From Camelus dromedarius (Eukaryota), in assembly GCF_036321535.1 (NCBI RefSeq), contig NC_087437.1, positions 88,662,001 through 88,726,000 of the forward strand: a DNA stretch of 64,000 bases, given 5' to 3'. The position numbers and the translations under genes were made by a program. The notes under the pieces were generated by a model. The model was not told the origin of the DNA and searched no databases. It saw nothing but the letters and a program-made list of their open reading frames with translations. Positions 26,470-39,315 of the stretch are shown here, one piece after another. How positions within the stretch are numbered: position 1 is the stretch's first letter; the number at the start of each line of letters is the position of its first letter.

Positions 26470-26630
26470 GACAGTGGTTCTTAAACTCTGCTTGGTTTCA
26501 GAATCATTTAGTAACTTGGTAAAAGTGCAACGACGCAGACCCTATGTTACTTCAGGAAGCCTAAACTCTGTCTTCTTCATTAACTGTCCAGGCAATTCTA
26601 ATGCATGCCAAAATTTGAGAACCACTGCCT
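26470..26630. mobile_element. MER5A-like relic
   Basis: cagtggttcttaaact ... aatttgagaaccactg termini. Confidence 0.8.
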
Positions 26631-27214
26631 TAGAAGGACTGCTTGTGTTCCCTAAAGAGTATGCCATTTACTAGTTCATGATAATTAATTCAGTTAATTA
26701 ACAGACTAGCACTAAACTCTGACACAGTTCATGGTAGAAATACGAATGTGCATCCTTGCAGGCAGAAGTGGAGAAAAAGATGCTTATAACTAAAAGCATT
26801 CCAAGGAGAAGGCCTGTGCTTTTATGCTGGAAGAACAAATCATGGCTGGCACTGATTAATAGATTCTGCTCTCTTAGGCTGGCAAAATGCAAAAGAATTT
26901 TCTTTGCCAGAAATAACAAAATGGACACCCAAGCCAGCATCTGGAAGTTATTCCTAAAGAAATATGGCATTCGCTAAAATTGGAGTGGTGGGTCAATTTC
27001 TATTTATCCAGTCACTGGTCCATGCTGATGAAAGGTTAATGCAATTTAAACTAAAATCTTCATCCTGTTTTTCATTCTCTTCCTTCTTGTTCCATCATGC
27101 TTATTTCCAAATGTGTTTGAGAAACATATACTGGTGGCACTTTACTAAGACTTATAGGAACTGTAGACCCCAAATAGTTTTTTTTTTTAAATCAGTCTTA
27201 AGTGAGAGGGATCT

Positions 27215-27460
27215 AAACATAGAATATAGACAATCTTTGGACCCAGAGAGACCTGGCGTTAAATCCAAGTGATGTCACTTACTGTCTATAAAAAGTTAAA
27301 CAAGTGACTTAACTTCTCTAAAGTTCTTTATGTGGGTGCATATATACACACACATATATAGAGACTAACTAATTGCTTTGAAAGATTATTGTGAGTAGTG
27401 ATGTAGGCAAAATGCTGGATTCATAGTAGATGCTTAGTAAACTGAGCTATTACTACTGTT
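27215..27460 (+). mobile_element. MIR
   Basis: gagacctggcgttaaatcc...tcacttactg...caagtgacttaacttctctaa...catagtagatgcttagtaaa. Confidence 0.75.
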
Positions 27461-27584
27461 GATGACTGATAATCCCTAACCCTGTAAACATCAAAATACA
27501 GTAGAACCATAATTTGTTCAGGATCACGTGCTGTATGTGCCCATTGGGTTGTATGTCTGAATTTCTGTTTTTATGTAAGAATTA

Positions 27585-27835
27585 AAGTGTAGTAATTAAG
27601 AGCACAGATTCTGAATCCAGGCTGCCAGGTTCAAATCTCCTTTTGCCATTAACTAGCAGTTAATGGCATCTTTTGGATCATTTTCACAACTTACTTAACC
27701 TCTCTGTCCTGCTCGCTTCATCTTTAAAATGGGGCTAATGATGCATCACCCTTATAGGAATCTGTAAGAATTAAATTTGTATTTATAAGGCACTTACAAG
27801 AAAAAGCACCATATGTGTAAGTTATTGTTAATCAT
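27585..27835 (+). mobile_element. MIR
   Basis: gtagtaattaagagcacagattctgaatccaggctgccaggttcaaatc...ttacttaacctctctg...catctttaaaatggggctaat. Confidence 0.8.
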
Positions 27836-30800
27836 AATTCTTTTTTTTTATTTTGTAAAGTTCATCCTTGACCTGTGCTTTTTAACCTTATCTATCAATT
27901 TTGGATATTGTTTATCAAAGAAGATGATGGGTTAAAATGTCCTTTTGTGCTGCTCTCAGCCCTTTGATGGGGTGATGATACCAAATCTCACTGGACTGTT
28001 TTCTAGTCCTCACCTCGGTGATAGGCTCCAGCTCTTCCAAGCGCATGAGCTGCTCATGTGCCAGTTACTCATAGGAGCTTCAGTTGATTATCTGAATCAA
28101 GAGAGCACCAGTCATAGAAGTACTTTGCTTTCAATAAACTAATTAGTACCTATGTGATCTGACCGTGTGAAAAGAACTATCCCAACGTGCCTGACTGGCT
28201 CTCAAAGAGTAACATTCCTTATGAGAACTTTGCTCAGAATTGAAATAATGGGAGAGAGTGACCTAATTTTTTCCCTCTGACAGCATATGGTAGTAGAATG
28301 TTCTGTGAAGTGGATGCCAATACACGTGCTTAATGCTAATATAAAAATAGAACAATATTTTTCTCTATATATGAGAGAACAGCATATTAATTTACCTTTT
28401 TTTCTGTTGTTCAATGGGGATATTTACTTGAAAGACTGCCTTATTCTTAAAGCAAAAATTTTTACATCAAGATTGCTGGAAAGAGAAGTTTTTGACATCA
28501 TGAAATTTGTTGTCATGTCATGTCATGACCATCTTCTCAGGTGACCAGGAATGTGATTTTTCCTACGTATACCATTGTTGATGTTAATTCATTCCCTAGG
28601 CTGATGGATGATAAGTCTATGCTGGCTTGAGAAAATCCTCCAGAAAGTTTTTTTCCCCTCTGTATGTTTTTTAGCATTTACTTCTTGAAGAAGCATGTAA
28701 CACACATCGAACTGATGTTAAGTATCAAAATTTTTCTAATGTCTGCACAGCCCTAGGATTAGAAAGCAGCTCTGATTTCTTCTCATAGCTGGGACCTGAG
28801 CACTTCAGATGAATGGAGAAGCAAATTATCACATGTAGAGCTGTTTGGATTCCCTGGGAGAGGGCAGCTGTCTTCTTGGTGGTGCTCACTAAGCAGACAG
28901 TGGCTTCTTTCCGCCAACACAGAGTATCCCAAGGTTGAGAACCTCCTGCAATGCAAAGCATGAAAAAGTCTGCATGTGGAAACTGGGGAATGTGTGCAAT
29001 GGTCAGTCATGGAGTGGGAGAAATATTTTGAAACTTGCCCCTTGGGGGGCACCTGGACACAGACTGAGGCATGAGTGCAGGGCAGGCAGCACCAGGAGGA
29101 CAGGAAAAAGCAATGACAGCATGACACAGACCAAACATGGGGAAAGAGAAGCTCAAGAGAGAAGCAGCCTCAGTAGAAATGTTAGCACCCTGTCTAGAGT
29201 GTGAGGCTGCAGAAAAGAGACTCTAAAAGCAACGGGGAGAGGGAGAAGGGAAGTCAGGAAAAAGGAAAGCCAGCTCACCTCGATTCGCTTCCCAAACTAC
29301 AGGATCCTGGTGGGATCAGACCTGGATACTGAGTGAACACAAGGGGTTCTCAAGTCTCTGGGGACACATCCACAGATTCAAGAGAAACAGGAGAGTAGAA
29401 GGCAAGAGCAGGAATGATGTGTTGGTGGCATCATCAATGGCTAGACCATAGTTACACACTCTGTGAAGCAGGCTTACTATTCAAAGCTAAACTCACTCTT
29501 GTCTGATATGCTTATAAGTATGCGTCAGGTTTGTTTTAACTACTCACTAAAGTCAGTTAATGGTTTAGTATATAATTCTGTTGCTTTTAGGCAAATGTCA
29601 TTTGTTTGACAAGTTCAAATAAAGTACTTCACAGAAAAGTATATTTAATGAGCAGTGTTTCCTCCCTAGTACCCTTGGCACTAGTACACGTGTCAGATTT
29701 GCTTGCAGCGTGACCGAACGTGGAAGTGTAAAGGAGTCCACGTAATGAGCAGTGTGGAACATCTGAAACTTCTCAAGGGATGTACTTTGCTCAAAATTAC
29801 CAAAAGTGCTGTGAAAAAAATACTATCTAGTACATTCAGTTCATCGTATTAAATTGTCCAGGGACCCTTGTTTGGGTTCTTTGTAGCTTTCATTGCAATG
29901 ATTCATCACATCATTAGCATATTATAAGAAATATCCCTTTCAAATGTCTTATATTTATTTTAAAGTCTGTTTTTGAGAGAATATTATTTTCAATCTGAAA
30001 CAAGTCCTATTTATGGGAAACATTTTTCTCTGTACCTGGAAAAGTACTGAGCAACTAGTTTGTTGTTACCTAGTGGACGATTAAATCATAGCGTTTATTA
30101 TGTTTCCCACTTAGCATGGCTTCTAGAGGGCTTTTAGAGGCAAAATTGTGACCGGTCTAGATCAAACTCACCAGATCTATTACATGCATTTTATGTACTA
30201 ACCTCATCTCTGGTTTCATTTTTTCCTACCCTCATTTTTCGCTTTCTTCCAGTTTCCTCTAGTTAAAAAAAAGGAAAAAGAAAAATTTGTCTAGGGCTTT
30301 AATTCTTCTTTGGAAAAGGGCAAGCAACAGATGGACTTGATAGATACCCAGATACCTTTACTAAAGCCGAGGCGGGCCCTCGCATCCCACCTGCAGGCCG
30401 CCTGGTTTGGAGGACGGTCAGGGGAGGCAGCTCTGGAAGGGTCGGTCCCACAAGCCTCTGGTTGTTCTCACGGATAACGAGAACTTTCTGCTGCTGCCCT
30501 CCCCTCCCCGACAACTTACTGCTGTGGCTTTGTTGTTGTTGTTGTTAGCTTACTCTCTTCCTTGCGTTTTTGGAGCAGATTTTTGCTTTCCAGTGACTCA
30601 GAGATGATTGTACTTCTTTCTGGAGTGAAATATTTGTGTGTTTTGACTAGCGGTCTCCTTGATTTCATGAGCCATTGCTTATAAAAGAGGTATGAAAAAT
30701 TAATACTGCTCTGTCCCCTCCTCACATTATATTTAACTAAATATGTGTGTGGGGGGGTGTCTTTGAGCAAACTTCGTCACGTATATTCACCTAAATAGAT

Positions 30801-31264
30801 GTGAGTTCGACTTATGTCTCAAGCGAAGAAAAGGAAAAGATTCCTGGACTTACAGAAGGCTGGGGAAAAATATGGCGATACATTGCAGCGAAATCTATTA
30901 AGTGGAGTTTTCTACAACAAAGTAGGTGTATAGTACTGAGTTTAGCACACATAGTTCAGCAGAAAGATTTACTTAATGGTAATAAACTTAATGATAGAAT
31001 TACTCTGAGAATCAAACAGAACTAGGTTGCCAAAGCATTTGTTTCCAAACAGTAACAACAAAACAGAATCCCAATGCATTCAGTTCTGCCTTACAGAATA
31101 CCTTGAGGATACCAGGAAAGTGTGTGCATGCGTGTCCAGTTCGGGCTCAACCCTGAAACCCTAACCTCTTGTTTCTACCTATATGACTTTCCCATGATTA
31201 AAATCTGCCTAATATTCAAACAGAGGGTGGATGGAGAGTGAGGAAGTGAAGTGGGTGTGGCAAG

Positions 31265-31400
31265 GAAGTCTCTGATCAAGTAACTTTTGAGTGGAAATCT
31301 GAACCAAAAGAGGGACCAATCCTTGAGGATATGCAGGGAAAGAACATTCCAAGCAGAGAGCGTATCACTGCAGAACACAGCTGGTTCTTCAGTAAAAGCT
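31265..31400 (-). mobile_element. L2 fragment
   Basis: ggaagtctctgatcaagtaacttttgag...gggaaagaacattccaagcagagag. Confidence 0.65.
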
Positions 31401-32950
31401 GAGCACAGTGTTGGTTTTCTTTGTATAAACATGTATGGCCACATAGGGGATAAGAGGAAAAAAAAACCAAAAAACTGTGAGAACCCTGGCACTCATACAT
31501 GTTTGTATAGATTGCCAGTCTTAAAAATACAGCCAGATTTGGTTTAAAAATGAACTTTCTTGAGAGATATTCATTACCCACGATGCCATGACATCTCTCT
31601 AATCAGCCTTTTTAGATCTTGCGTTTTCAGACACATTAAAGGAATAACACAATTTACAAGAAAATGGAGCAACATGATAGCATTTTGTAATATTCATGAT
31701 TGAAAGTTCCCATTCAATTCTGAAGAAAACTCAAACTCTGAAGAAAAACTGCATACATCTCAAAACTAACTTGGAACGAACATTTTCATGAACATCAACT
31801 CTTTCAGTGGATCCTGTAAAACAGAACCAGGGCCCCTTTTAGCTCAGTGACAGTGAACCTGCTGAGCTCTGTCCCACTGCATATGTTACACAGAATGATT
31901 TAAAAAGCAAGTAAGCGACTTCAGAATTTGTTACTCAGACTCATCCGGTTCTTCCATCCTTTTTTAAGCTTAACCAGGATAACAGGATTAACTGCAGGGG
32001 GCAATGCATATATTATGGTTTGGACACTGCGTGCCTGGGGGTAGAAAGAGGAAACCAAACAACAGTCTCCTTGTGTCACAACTGACTGACTTTGCATTTG
32101 TTTCCAGGAAGACCGGTGGCCCTGTCTCTTTCAGTCCTGGGGTACAGGGGCTTCCACATTTCTGCAAATCAGATATCCATCTGTCATACTGAATTGAACC
32201 AGACTCCCATGATGTGGGAAAAAAATGCTCAAAAGAACTGTAGATAAAGCCATCAAAATTATGTTCCACCTTTGGCCATAGCCTAGTGAAGCCTGCTAAT
32301 TTCATCCCACAGCAAATCCAGTGACAGCTCTCATCACTTGGCTTTGCCTGCTTCGTTCTGCCTTCCTAAATTTCACTCTGAGCTGGACTTTCTTCAAGAC
32401 CCTATAGGCTCAAACATCAGGTGAGTCCAAATGATGAGACATTCCCTGAAGAGAATCTGAGCCTATTTCACGTGCATAATTCACATTTGCAATGGTTTCA
32501 TTCAGAAGGTTATTGAATTCTTTTAAATATAGTAGGGTTTTTGTGTGTGCATGCCTTCACAAAATGGATTTATCTTACACTGTATAAATACTGTGGATAA
32601 ACTATCAAAAATTATCTCAAACTGACCACAAATAATTTCTATAATATATATTAAGTATAAGGGAGAATGTAAAATTTAAAACTTGCACATTTTGGCCCTT
32701 TAGTTTTTATGTGTCTAGAGTAAATTTAGAGGTTTCCTATTTTTAACTCCTATCCTTGATACTATGTTAATAATAAAAGAAAAACCAAGACATTTTAATG
32801 TAGTTGTTTTTGTAATATACGGGGAGTTATAAGAAGTCCAAAACTCTAAAGTTGGGAGATAAAGTTAACTCAAGTGCAGAGCTCTTTTTCTTGATGCAAG
32901 TGTTATTATACATATATATGCACATATAATACACACACACGTATATCTGG

Positions 32951-33174
32951 TACATGCCAAACCAAACCAACCTCACACACACACATACCTCACACACACA
33001 CGTATACACACATATACATATATACACCTATACATATATATACACACACGTACACACATATATAGGCATACACATATAGGCTTACCTATATATGCATATG
33101 AAGTGTATGTATATATAGGTGTGTGTGTATGTGTGTTTGTGTGTACGTGTGAGGTTGATTTGGTTTGGCAAGTA
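32951..33174. repeat. Long imperfect palindrome: 28-bp unique inverted ends enclosing CA/TA-rich and TG/TA-rich arms
   Basis: 32951-32978 tacatgccaaaccaaaccaacctcacac versus reverse complement of 33147-33174 tacttgccaaaccaaatcaacctcacac (26/28). Confidence 0.9.
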
Positions 33175-33649
33175 AAAAGGAGACAAACACCTTATTAATA
33201 TTTAATTCTGATTATGTCTTTAGCACCAAGCTTGCTATTGGCATGTCCTAACTGCCCAAGCCCTACTTTACTTTGTGAACAAGAACTAAAGGACGGAGTG
33301 CTGTTGGAGCAGACACAGTGATTTTGCATAGGCATAAAAGTCGGCAAATACAAATGGGGTTATTTTTCCTGGCTCTGCTATTACTCATGAAGTATCTGTT
33401 GGTTATTCTACCACCATGAAGCTGAATCTTAAAACTCCAAAGCTGAAAGACAACCTAAAAGTCATCATTCATGACCTTCAGATAAGCCTCAGCTCCCTAA
33501 TACTGACAGATGCCATCTTCAACTTTGCAGAAACAAGGAAGAAAATAAATAAACACATTCATAGATACAGATCTTACTGAACTTAAAAGAATTTCAGGTA
33601 AGAGGCCAACTTGGGATTTGGACTGGAACTGACAGTACGTCCCTGATCA

Positions 33650-33875
33650 TGTTAATAGCGAACACTTATTGAGCTCTCACTGTGTGCCAGATACTGTTCT
33701 AAATGCTGTATCATGTTAACTCATTGAATCCCCATGAAATGACTATTTCTATTTTATAAATGAGGAAACCATTGCTTAGAGTGGTTACGCAACCTAAGGC
33801 TTCCCCCTAGCAAGTCACCAAGCCTGGATCTGGGATCAGAGTCTGATTCCTAAGTGTTGTGCCTGTCCCCAGGCT
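33650..33875 (-). mobile_element. MIR
   Basis: aacacttattgagctctcactgtgtgccagatactgttctaaatgct...attttataaatgaggaaacc. Confidence 0.8.
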
Positions 33876-34134
33876 GCTAACAGTCATCATCTACTGCCAG
33901 ATTTTGAAACTATGTTTTTCCTGCAATTCTATGATGTTTATTTTTAGTCAAGCAGTTGGCACCTGCCTCTATACTGGCTTTGAAGATTTGGTGCAGTAAT
34001 CCTGGGCACAGAGATTTCATCAGTTTTATTTTAACTCAGATTTTCAGGGCCTAGATCAGTGACTGGTACATAATAGATACACAATATAATATTTGTTTAA
34101 TAACAAACTATTCAGTATAGTCTAATGTCATGTT

Positions 34135-34335
34135 TTCTAAACATGAGCTCGAATATCTGGGTTCTAATCCTGGCCTAATAATTTACTGGAAATGCAGCCT
34201 TGGACAAGTCACTTCATCTCTCTAAGCCTCAGTTTTCTCATCTGTAAAATGGAAGGAGACCAACATTCTTCTTTCCTAAGACTTAAATGAGGTTTAGTAT
34301 TCTAGATATTGAATAAGACAATACTTATAACTACA
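34135..34335 (+). mobile_element. MIR
   Basis: ctgggttctaatcctggc...ccttggacaagtcacttcatctctctaagcctcagttttctcatctgtaaaatgg. Confidence 0.85.
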
Positions 34336-34364
34336 TAGCACAAGGAAGACAGTTTGATAATTTT

Positions 34365-34922
34365 CTAACATGCCCTTACCATGTGACACAATGGTCCCAC
34401 ATGTTTACCAAAGAGAAATGGAAGCATATGCTATCGCAAAGACCTCCTGAATAAGTGCTTTATTCATAATCACAAAAACTGGAAGTAACCCTAAAATGAA
34501 TCAACAGGGAAATAGAGAAACTGTGGTATAATAGAATATTTTTCATCAATAAAAGGAACAAACTACTGATACATGCACAATATGGACGGCTCTCAAAACC
34601 ATTATGCTAAAGCAAGGAATTCAGACACAAAAGTTTACATAAATTGCAACTCCATTTATATGAAATTCTGGAAAATTATAAACTGACAGGTACAGAAATC
34701 AGATGCTCACTGGTATTCAGGGTCTAGAGTGAGGGTATGGGGTAAAGGATTGATTACAAATGGGCACAGAGGAATTCTTTGGTGTGATGGAAATATTCTA
34801 TACTTTAATTTTAATGGTGGTAACATGACTATATACATTTGTTAAAATGTAGAACTTTATACTCAAAGAGGTTGAATAGTACTCTACATAAATTAAACCT
34901 CAACAAACGGATGTTAAAAAAG
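34365..34922 (+). mobile_element. Old L1M (L1MB/ME-like) 3' end
   Basis: gctttattcataatcacaaaaactggaag...aactactgatacatgc...ccatttatatgaaattct...gtgatggaaatattctata...tatatacatttgttaaaa. Confidence 0.85.
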
Positions 34923-35130
34923 AATATTTAGCAAAGTTCTTAGTATATAATAAATATATTATATATTCTTATTTTTCTTTCATAGTTGATCTTTCTTTTA
35001 AAAATAATATATAAAGATTGGGTCTGAATTAGAGTAAAACTGCTTTAATAAATGAGTGGCTATTAAAGAGTAATGCTCTCTGAGGCACTTGGTAGAGTAC
35101 ACTTAAAACAACCACCACAAATTTGCTTTT

Positions 35131-35310
35131 TTTCAAATTGAAGTATAGCCAGTTTACAATGTTGTGTCAATTTTGTGTCAATGTTGTGTCAATTTCTGGT
35201 GTACATAATGTTTCAGTCATACATACACATCCATATATTCCTTTTCATTATAGGTAACTATAAGATATTGAATATAGTTCCCTGTGCTTTACAGAAGAAA
35301 CTTGTTGTTT
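35131..35310 (-). mobile_element. 5'-truncated camelid-type L1 3' UTR
   Basis: Similar to the element at 13610-13780 (ttgaagtatag.cagtttacaatg...); TSD cacaaatttgctttt (35116-35130) / cacaagtttactttt (35311-35325); internal triplication of ttgtgtcaat. Confidence 0.9.
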
Positions 35311-35602
35311 CACAAGTTTACTTTTGACTTGAATTTTTGTGAGTTTGGGGCTTCCTTTCGGAAGTCTTCAGCATGCTGAACAGTCTTAATTGCCTGACTT
35401 TTATCTTCAAATGATGGAGATTTCTGTTTCCTCAGACTACATACTGCATTGGCATTGTTCAGAAAATCCATCTTAATGATATTCAGTTGAAATAGACCTA
35501 TTCTTTACTTACAGCCAAGGAGATTTTTTTTGATGACTTCTCTCCTGTCTTCCAGCCTTCCTGTATCGGTAGGGGACTTGGAGATACCACCAAGACAGCA
35601 TG

Positions 35603-35950
35603 TTGTAGTCTGGGGTTCACAATGTGACAGAACCATCACCACTGCTAGGTTTGAAGGGGAAAAGGGACAGGGCAGTTCCTGGAACTCAGGGAGGACAGTG
35701 TAAGGAGAAAGTAGCCTGATTGGTGGTGGTTTTGGAAGAATTTTGTAGCCAAGCCACAGCAATCCAACAAGAAGGGAACTAAGAAATAAATACCTGACCT
35801 CACACCCCTTCCCTCTGAAGTCTTGCTGGTGACTTCTGTTGCCAGAAGGAGAGCCTGTTGGTGGAATTCACAGAGGTCATCATACCAGATACAGGGTGAA
35901 GACAAGTGGAGAATGGATCTGGAGGGGCAGCCAGAGAGTGGCCAGCACAT
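35603..35950 (-). mobile_element. Ancient ERVL-class LTR (LTR16/33/40-like)
   Basis: aataaatacctgacctcacaccc...ggagaatggatctggaggggcagccagagagtggccagcaca. Confidence 0.65.
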
Positions 35951-36344
35951 CATCCTCCAAATATTCTGAACCAGAAAATGCCTCTTCTTCCAAGTGTTCT
36001 CTCTCTTGCAGATTAATTTCCCTCACTCTTCTCACATTTTGCATGTTTTCAATAATTCTCTCTTCTCATTATTTCTCTCTCTTTTGTCAGATCCTTTTGT
36101 CCATCCGAAAATGCATGCCTCTTATCTAGTTGGCCCAGTTCAGGGTCTTTCCACTTTGGCCAAATGACCTACACCAAAGTTCAGGTGGATCTAGAATGGT
36201 GTATGAAGCTGACCCATGGACGGAGCAGATAGACTGAACCGTGGGAGAAACACAGGTCTGAGAAGGGGGTGAATAGGACAGAAGTGGAAATCCATGGTAT
36301 TGAGAGAAATTGGGGATTCTGGGGAAGTGAGGAGCAGTTTGTCA

Positions 36345-36680
36345 TAGTGGAAAAAGCTGGGGACTTGGAATAAACTGTCTGGGCTGCGTTCTGATATCAA
36401 CAAAGCTTTACTGTGTGGCTTTGTACACGTTATTTTAACCTAGAGCATTTTGGCTTCCTTATTTGTAACAAGAGAACTACTAGATGCTCTCTAGGGAGAC
36501 AGTGCAGTGTAGAAGCTCAGCTGTGAGCACAAAGCCAGTCTCCCTGGATTTGAATCCTGACTTTGCCACTTACTAGTTTTGTGATCTTGTCCAAGTTACC
36601 TAACTTCTCTGAATCTAAGTTACCGTAAAGTATCTATCTGACATATAGGAAGTATTTAATAAAGGTGAATTATTAATATG
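36345..36680 (+). mobile_element. Two adjacent MIR fragments
   Basis: ctggatttgaatcctgactttgccacttactagttttgtgatcttgtccaagttacctaacttctctg, plus an upstream decayed copy. Confidence 0.7.
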
Positions 36681-38399
36681 CCAGGTTGAGAGGACAGTTA
36701 CAGTCATTCTAATCCTTCAAATAATCATCAGAAACATCAATTAGATCATAAATGCTTATTTAATAAGTATTTGGTAAATCATCCTTAGGGTTTAGACTTT
36801 AAACTGTCACTTGCTATATTAATAATGTATAGGGTATTTCTTACAAATAGGATAAAAAATCTTCAAATATTTATGTGCTTAGCAATAGGAATTCCTGATA
36901 AAATTATGGTCTTTCATATGAGGAAAATCATTTTCAATTGTCAGGGTTTGAGTGCCCTTTTGTGGCAATTCTATGAGATCTTCATTAGCAGTGAAATATT
37001 TCCTTTTTATAATGGCATAAAATATTTCCAAATGGCTTGCCATCTGTCTTACATGTATTTATAGTAGAAAAAAAATACATTTACTACAGTAACTGTTTTT
37101 CTAAATAAGACTCTAAAGAGCTATAGGGATAAAGTCAAGATTACATGTTTCTAACCTCCATTTTGGGACTTTGTTTCCCCTCAAAATAAAGGTCCATGAA
37201 GATACATACATTTAAAAATTTCTTATGGTTCATTTTTGAAGTTTTAAATTTCAATTTAGTTTACTAAAATGTTAATGATTATTAACTTTGTCAATTATCA
37301 ACTACTAAAATCTTTACGTTATTATTAATCATGTAAGTTAATTTTAAGTTACATGAAATTGTTGAACTATTTCCTCTGTTTTCTAAATTGAGTAATGAAT
37401 TATAGTTCACTGAATTCGCTACAGTTGGTTTAATTAATTAATTATATCATGATGGAAACAATTCCAACACATTTATCAGGAAGCATGAATAAAATATTTC
37501 AAGTTTCTCTTTTAACAAAGAAAAATAGCTCTTCCTTGGACATCTCCTCCTTACATTTCTCTGGAGTTAAGCAGGCAGTCTAATGAGATCTTCTTTACAC
37601 ACAACCTTTCATGAGATTGTAAGAGATGCAAAAATTAGTCCACTAGAACAACAATTTATGGAATTATTTTTGATTGGTGCAACTTGAATGGTTGGCAGTA
37701 TTTGTTATTCTTGTTGTTGTTTTTCAGTTAAGTTGAACAATGGGAAGAATCAGCACAACAAAGTAAATTCCATAATTGTCACCTCCTAATGTGTGAAGCA
37801 ACTATTTTTGTCAGGTTTGAGTTCAAAAGCAATATTGTCCTGAATAAGCAGCACTATTTAATGAGCTATATTTGGCTATAAATAACTGGAATTAACAAGT
37901 TTGCTTTATTTTTTCTTCTCTTAGCACTCTAGACATTGGAGTTCATTTTTTGAAGTTATGATATTAATTTTAAAAGCTTCAAATGTGGTATTTATAAATA
38001 TCAATATTTGTTTTATTTGCATTGGAAATAAAGCTGTTTGCATGCATTTTTTGAAATACATACTAAAAAATTCATTTGTAAGTTTCTTTAAATGACTACA
38101 GATGATCCACACCTGTTTTGTATTTTCTAAAACAAATTCCAAAAACAAAACAATAAAGCAGTCTTTAGAAAACATCTTGTCTTCTGGGTACAGAAAAAAA
38201 AAATAACTTCACTTCAAGGATTGTTAGATCATACGTAAGTTAGAAAATCACTTTATTTTTTAAAGTAAACTGTTTATTGCATGCTGTCATGGCATTAGGC
38301 TGCAATTTCATTCATCATAACATAATAACTTTGTTCATTTTGAGAAAGAAAATTCTTTTCATGCCAATTTATTTACAAACTGAAAATAAAAATTAAAAC

Positions 38400-38650
38400 C
38401 CATTCAGTCATTCATTTGTTCATTCAATAGGCATTTTATGAACATTCATTAGAGGGCAAATATTGTGTTAGACACTAAGATAAGAAGATGAATGACCCCA
38501 TCCTTGAAGTGTCCACAGCCTGGTGGAGGAGACAAAAATAATGATAAACTTATGAACAAGATTTTAGGGGCCTCTAAGGAAGGGCATTTATCTCAAGCAA
38601 AGAAATAGAAAACTGAGTCTTGAAGAATAAACAGGATTATATAATCAGAG
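38400..38650 (-). mobile_element. L2 3' end
   Basis: cattcagtcattcatttgttcattcaataggcattttatgaac...tattgtgttagacact. Confidence 0.7.
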
Positions 38651-38672
38651 AAATGAAATTTACTACACTACG

Positions 38673-39315
38673 TGTTAGAGCAGGCAGATAGCTAGATATG
38701 AGCAGAGAAAGGGGGACGCAGGCCAAATGGCAGGAATTGGGCAAAAAGGAGGGGCATAAGCCAAATGGAAGAGACCATACATCATGTAAACAATGGGGGT
38801 CCCTGGGCAGAGGAAGAAAATCGGGAACCTCTGGGCTGATAAGAGGTCACACATTTTGGGGTGAAAGTGTCCTGGAGGCCAACATAGAAAGGTGAGAAAA
38901 GGCAGGAATCTCCAGTGTCTGAATGTAACTTCTTGCTCATTATGCCCTCATTTCAATAAAGTTAGCCTTGCAGATTAGAAGTACCCCATCATGGACTAAT
39001 GCCATGACGCTTCTGATCCAGACTAAATAAGGACAAAAATCCCTTCTCCCTTCAGGAACATGGAGTTGAATGAAAATCAGGGAATATGACCCCAAACCCT
39101 TTCCTCCCCAATGAATATTCTGCCCATTCATTTTTATACTCTGTGTAACCAACTTGTCAAAGAAACTCAGTGTAGCCGCTCACCTGAGCCTGCCTGCTCT
39201 CCCCTTGAGAGTGTACCATCCATCCCTTAAAAAGTCCTCACTTTACTTTCTTAACCTCCGCACCTTGTCTCTGAATTCTTTCTGCGATGAGACAAGAACC
39301 TAATCACCAGCAACA
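38673..39315 (+). mobile_element. ERV1-class solo LTR (643 bp)
   Basis: Begins TGTTAGAGCAGGCAGATAG and ends ...ttgtctctgaattctttctgcgatgagacaagaacc...GCAACA; 4-bp TSD-like tacg / tagg. Confidence 0.8.
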
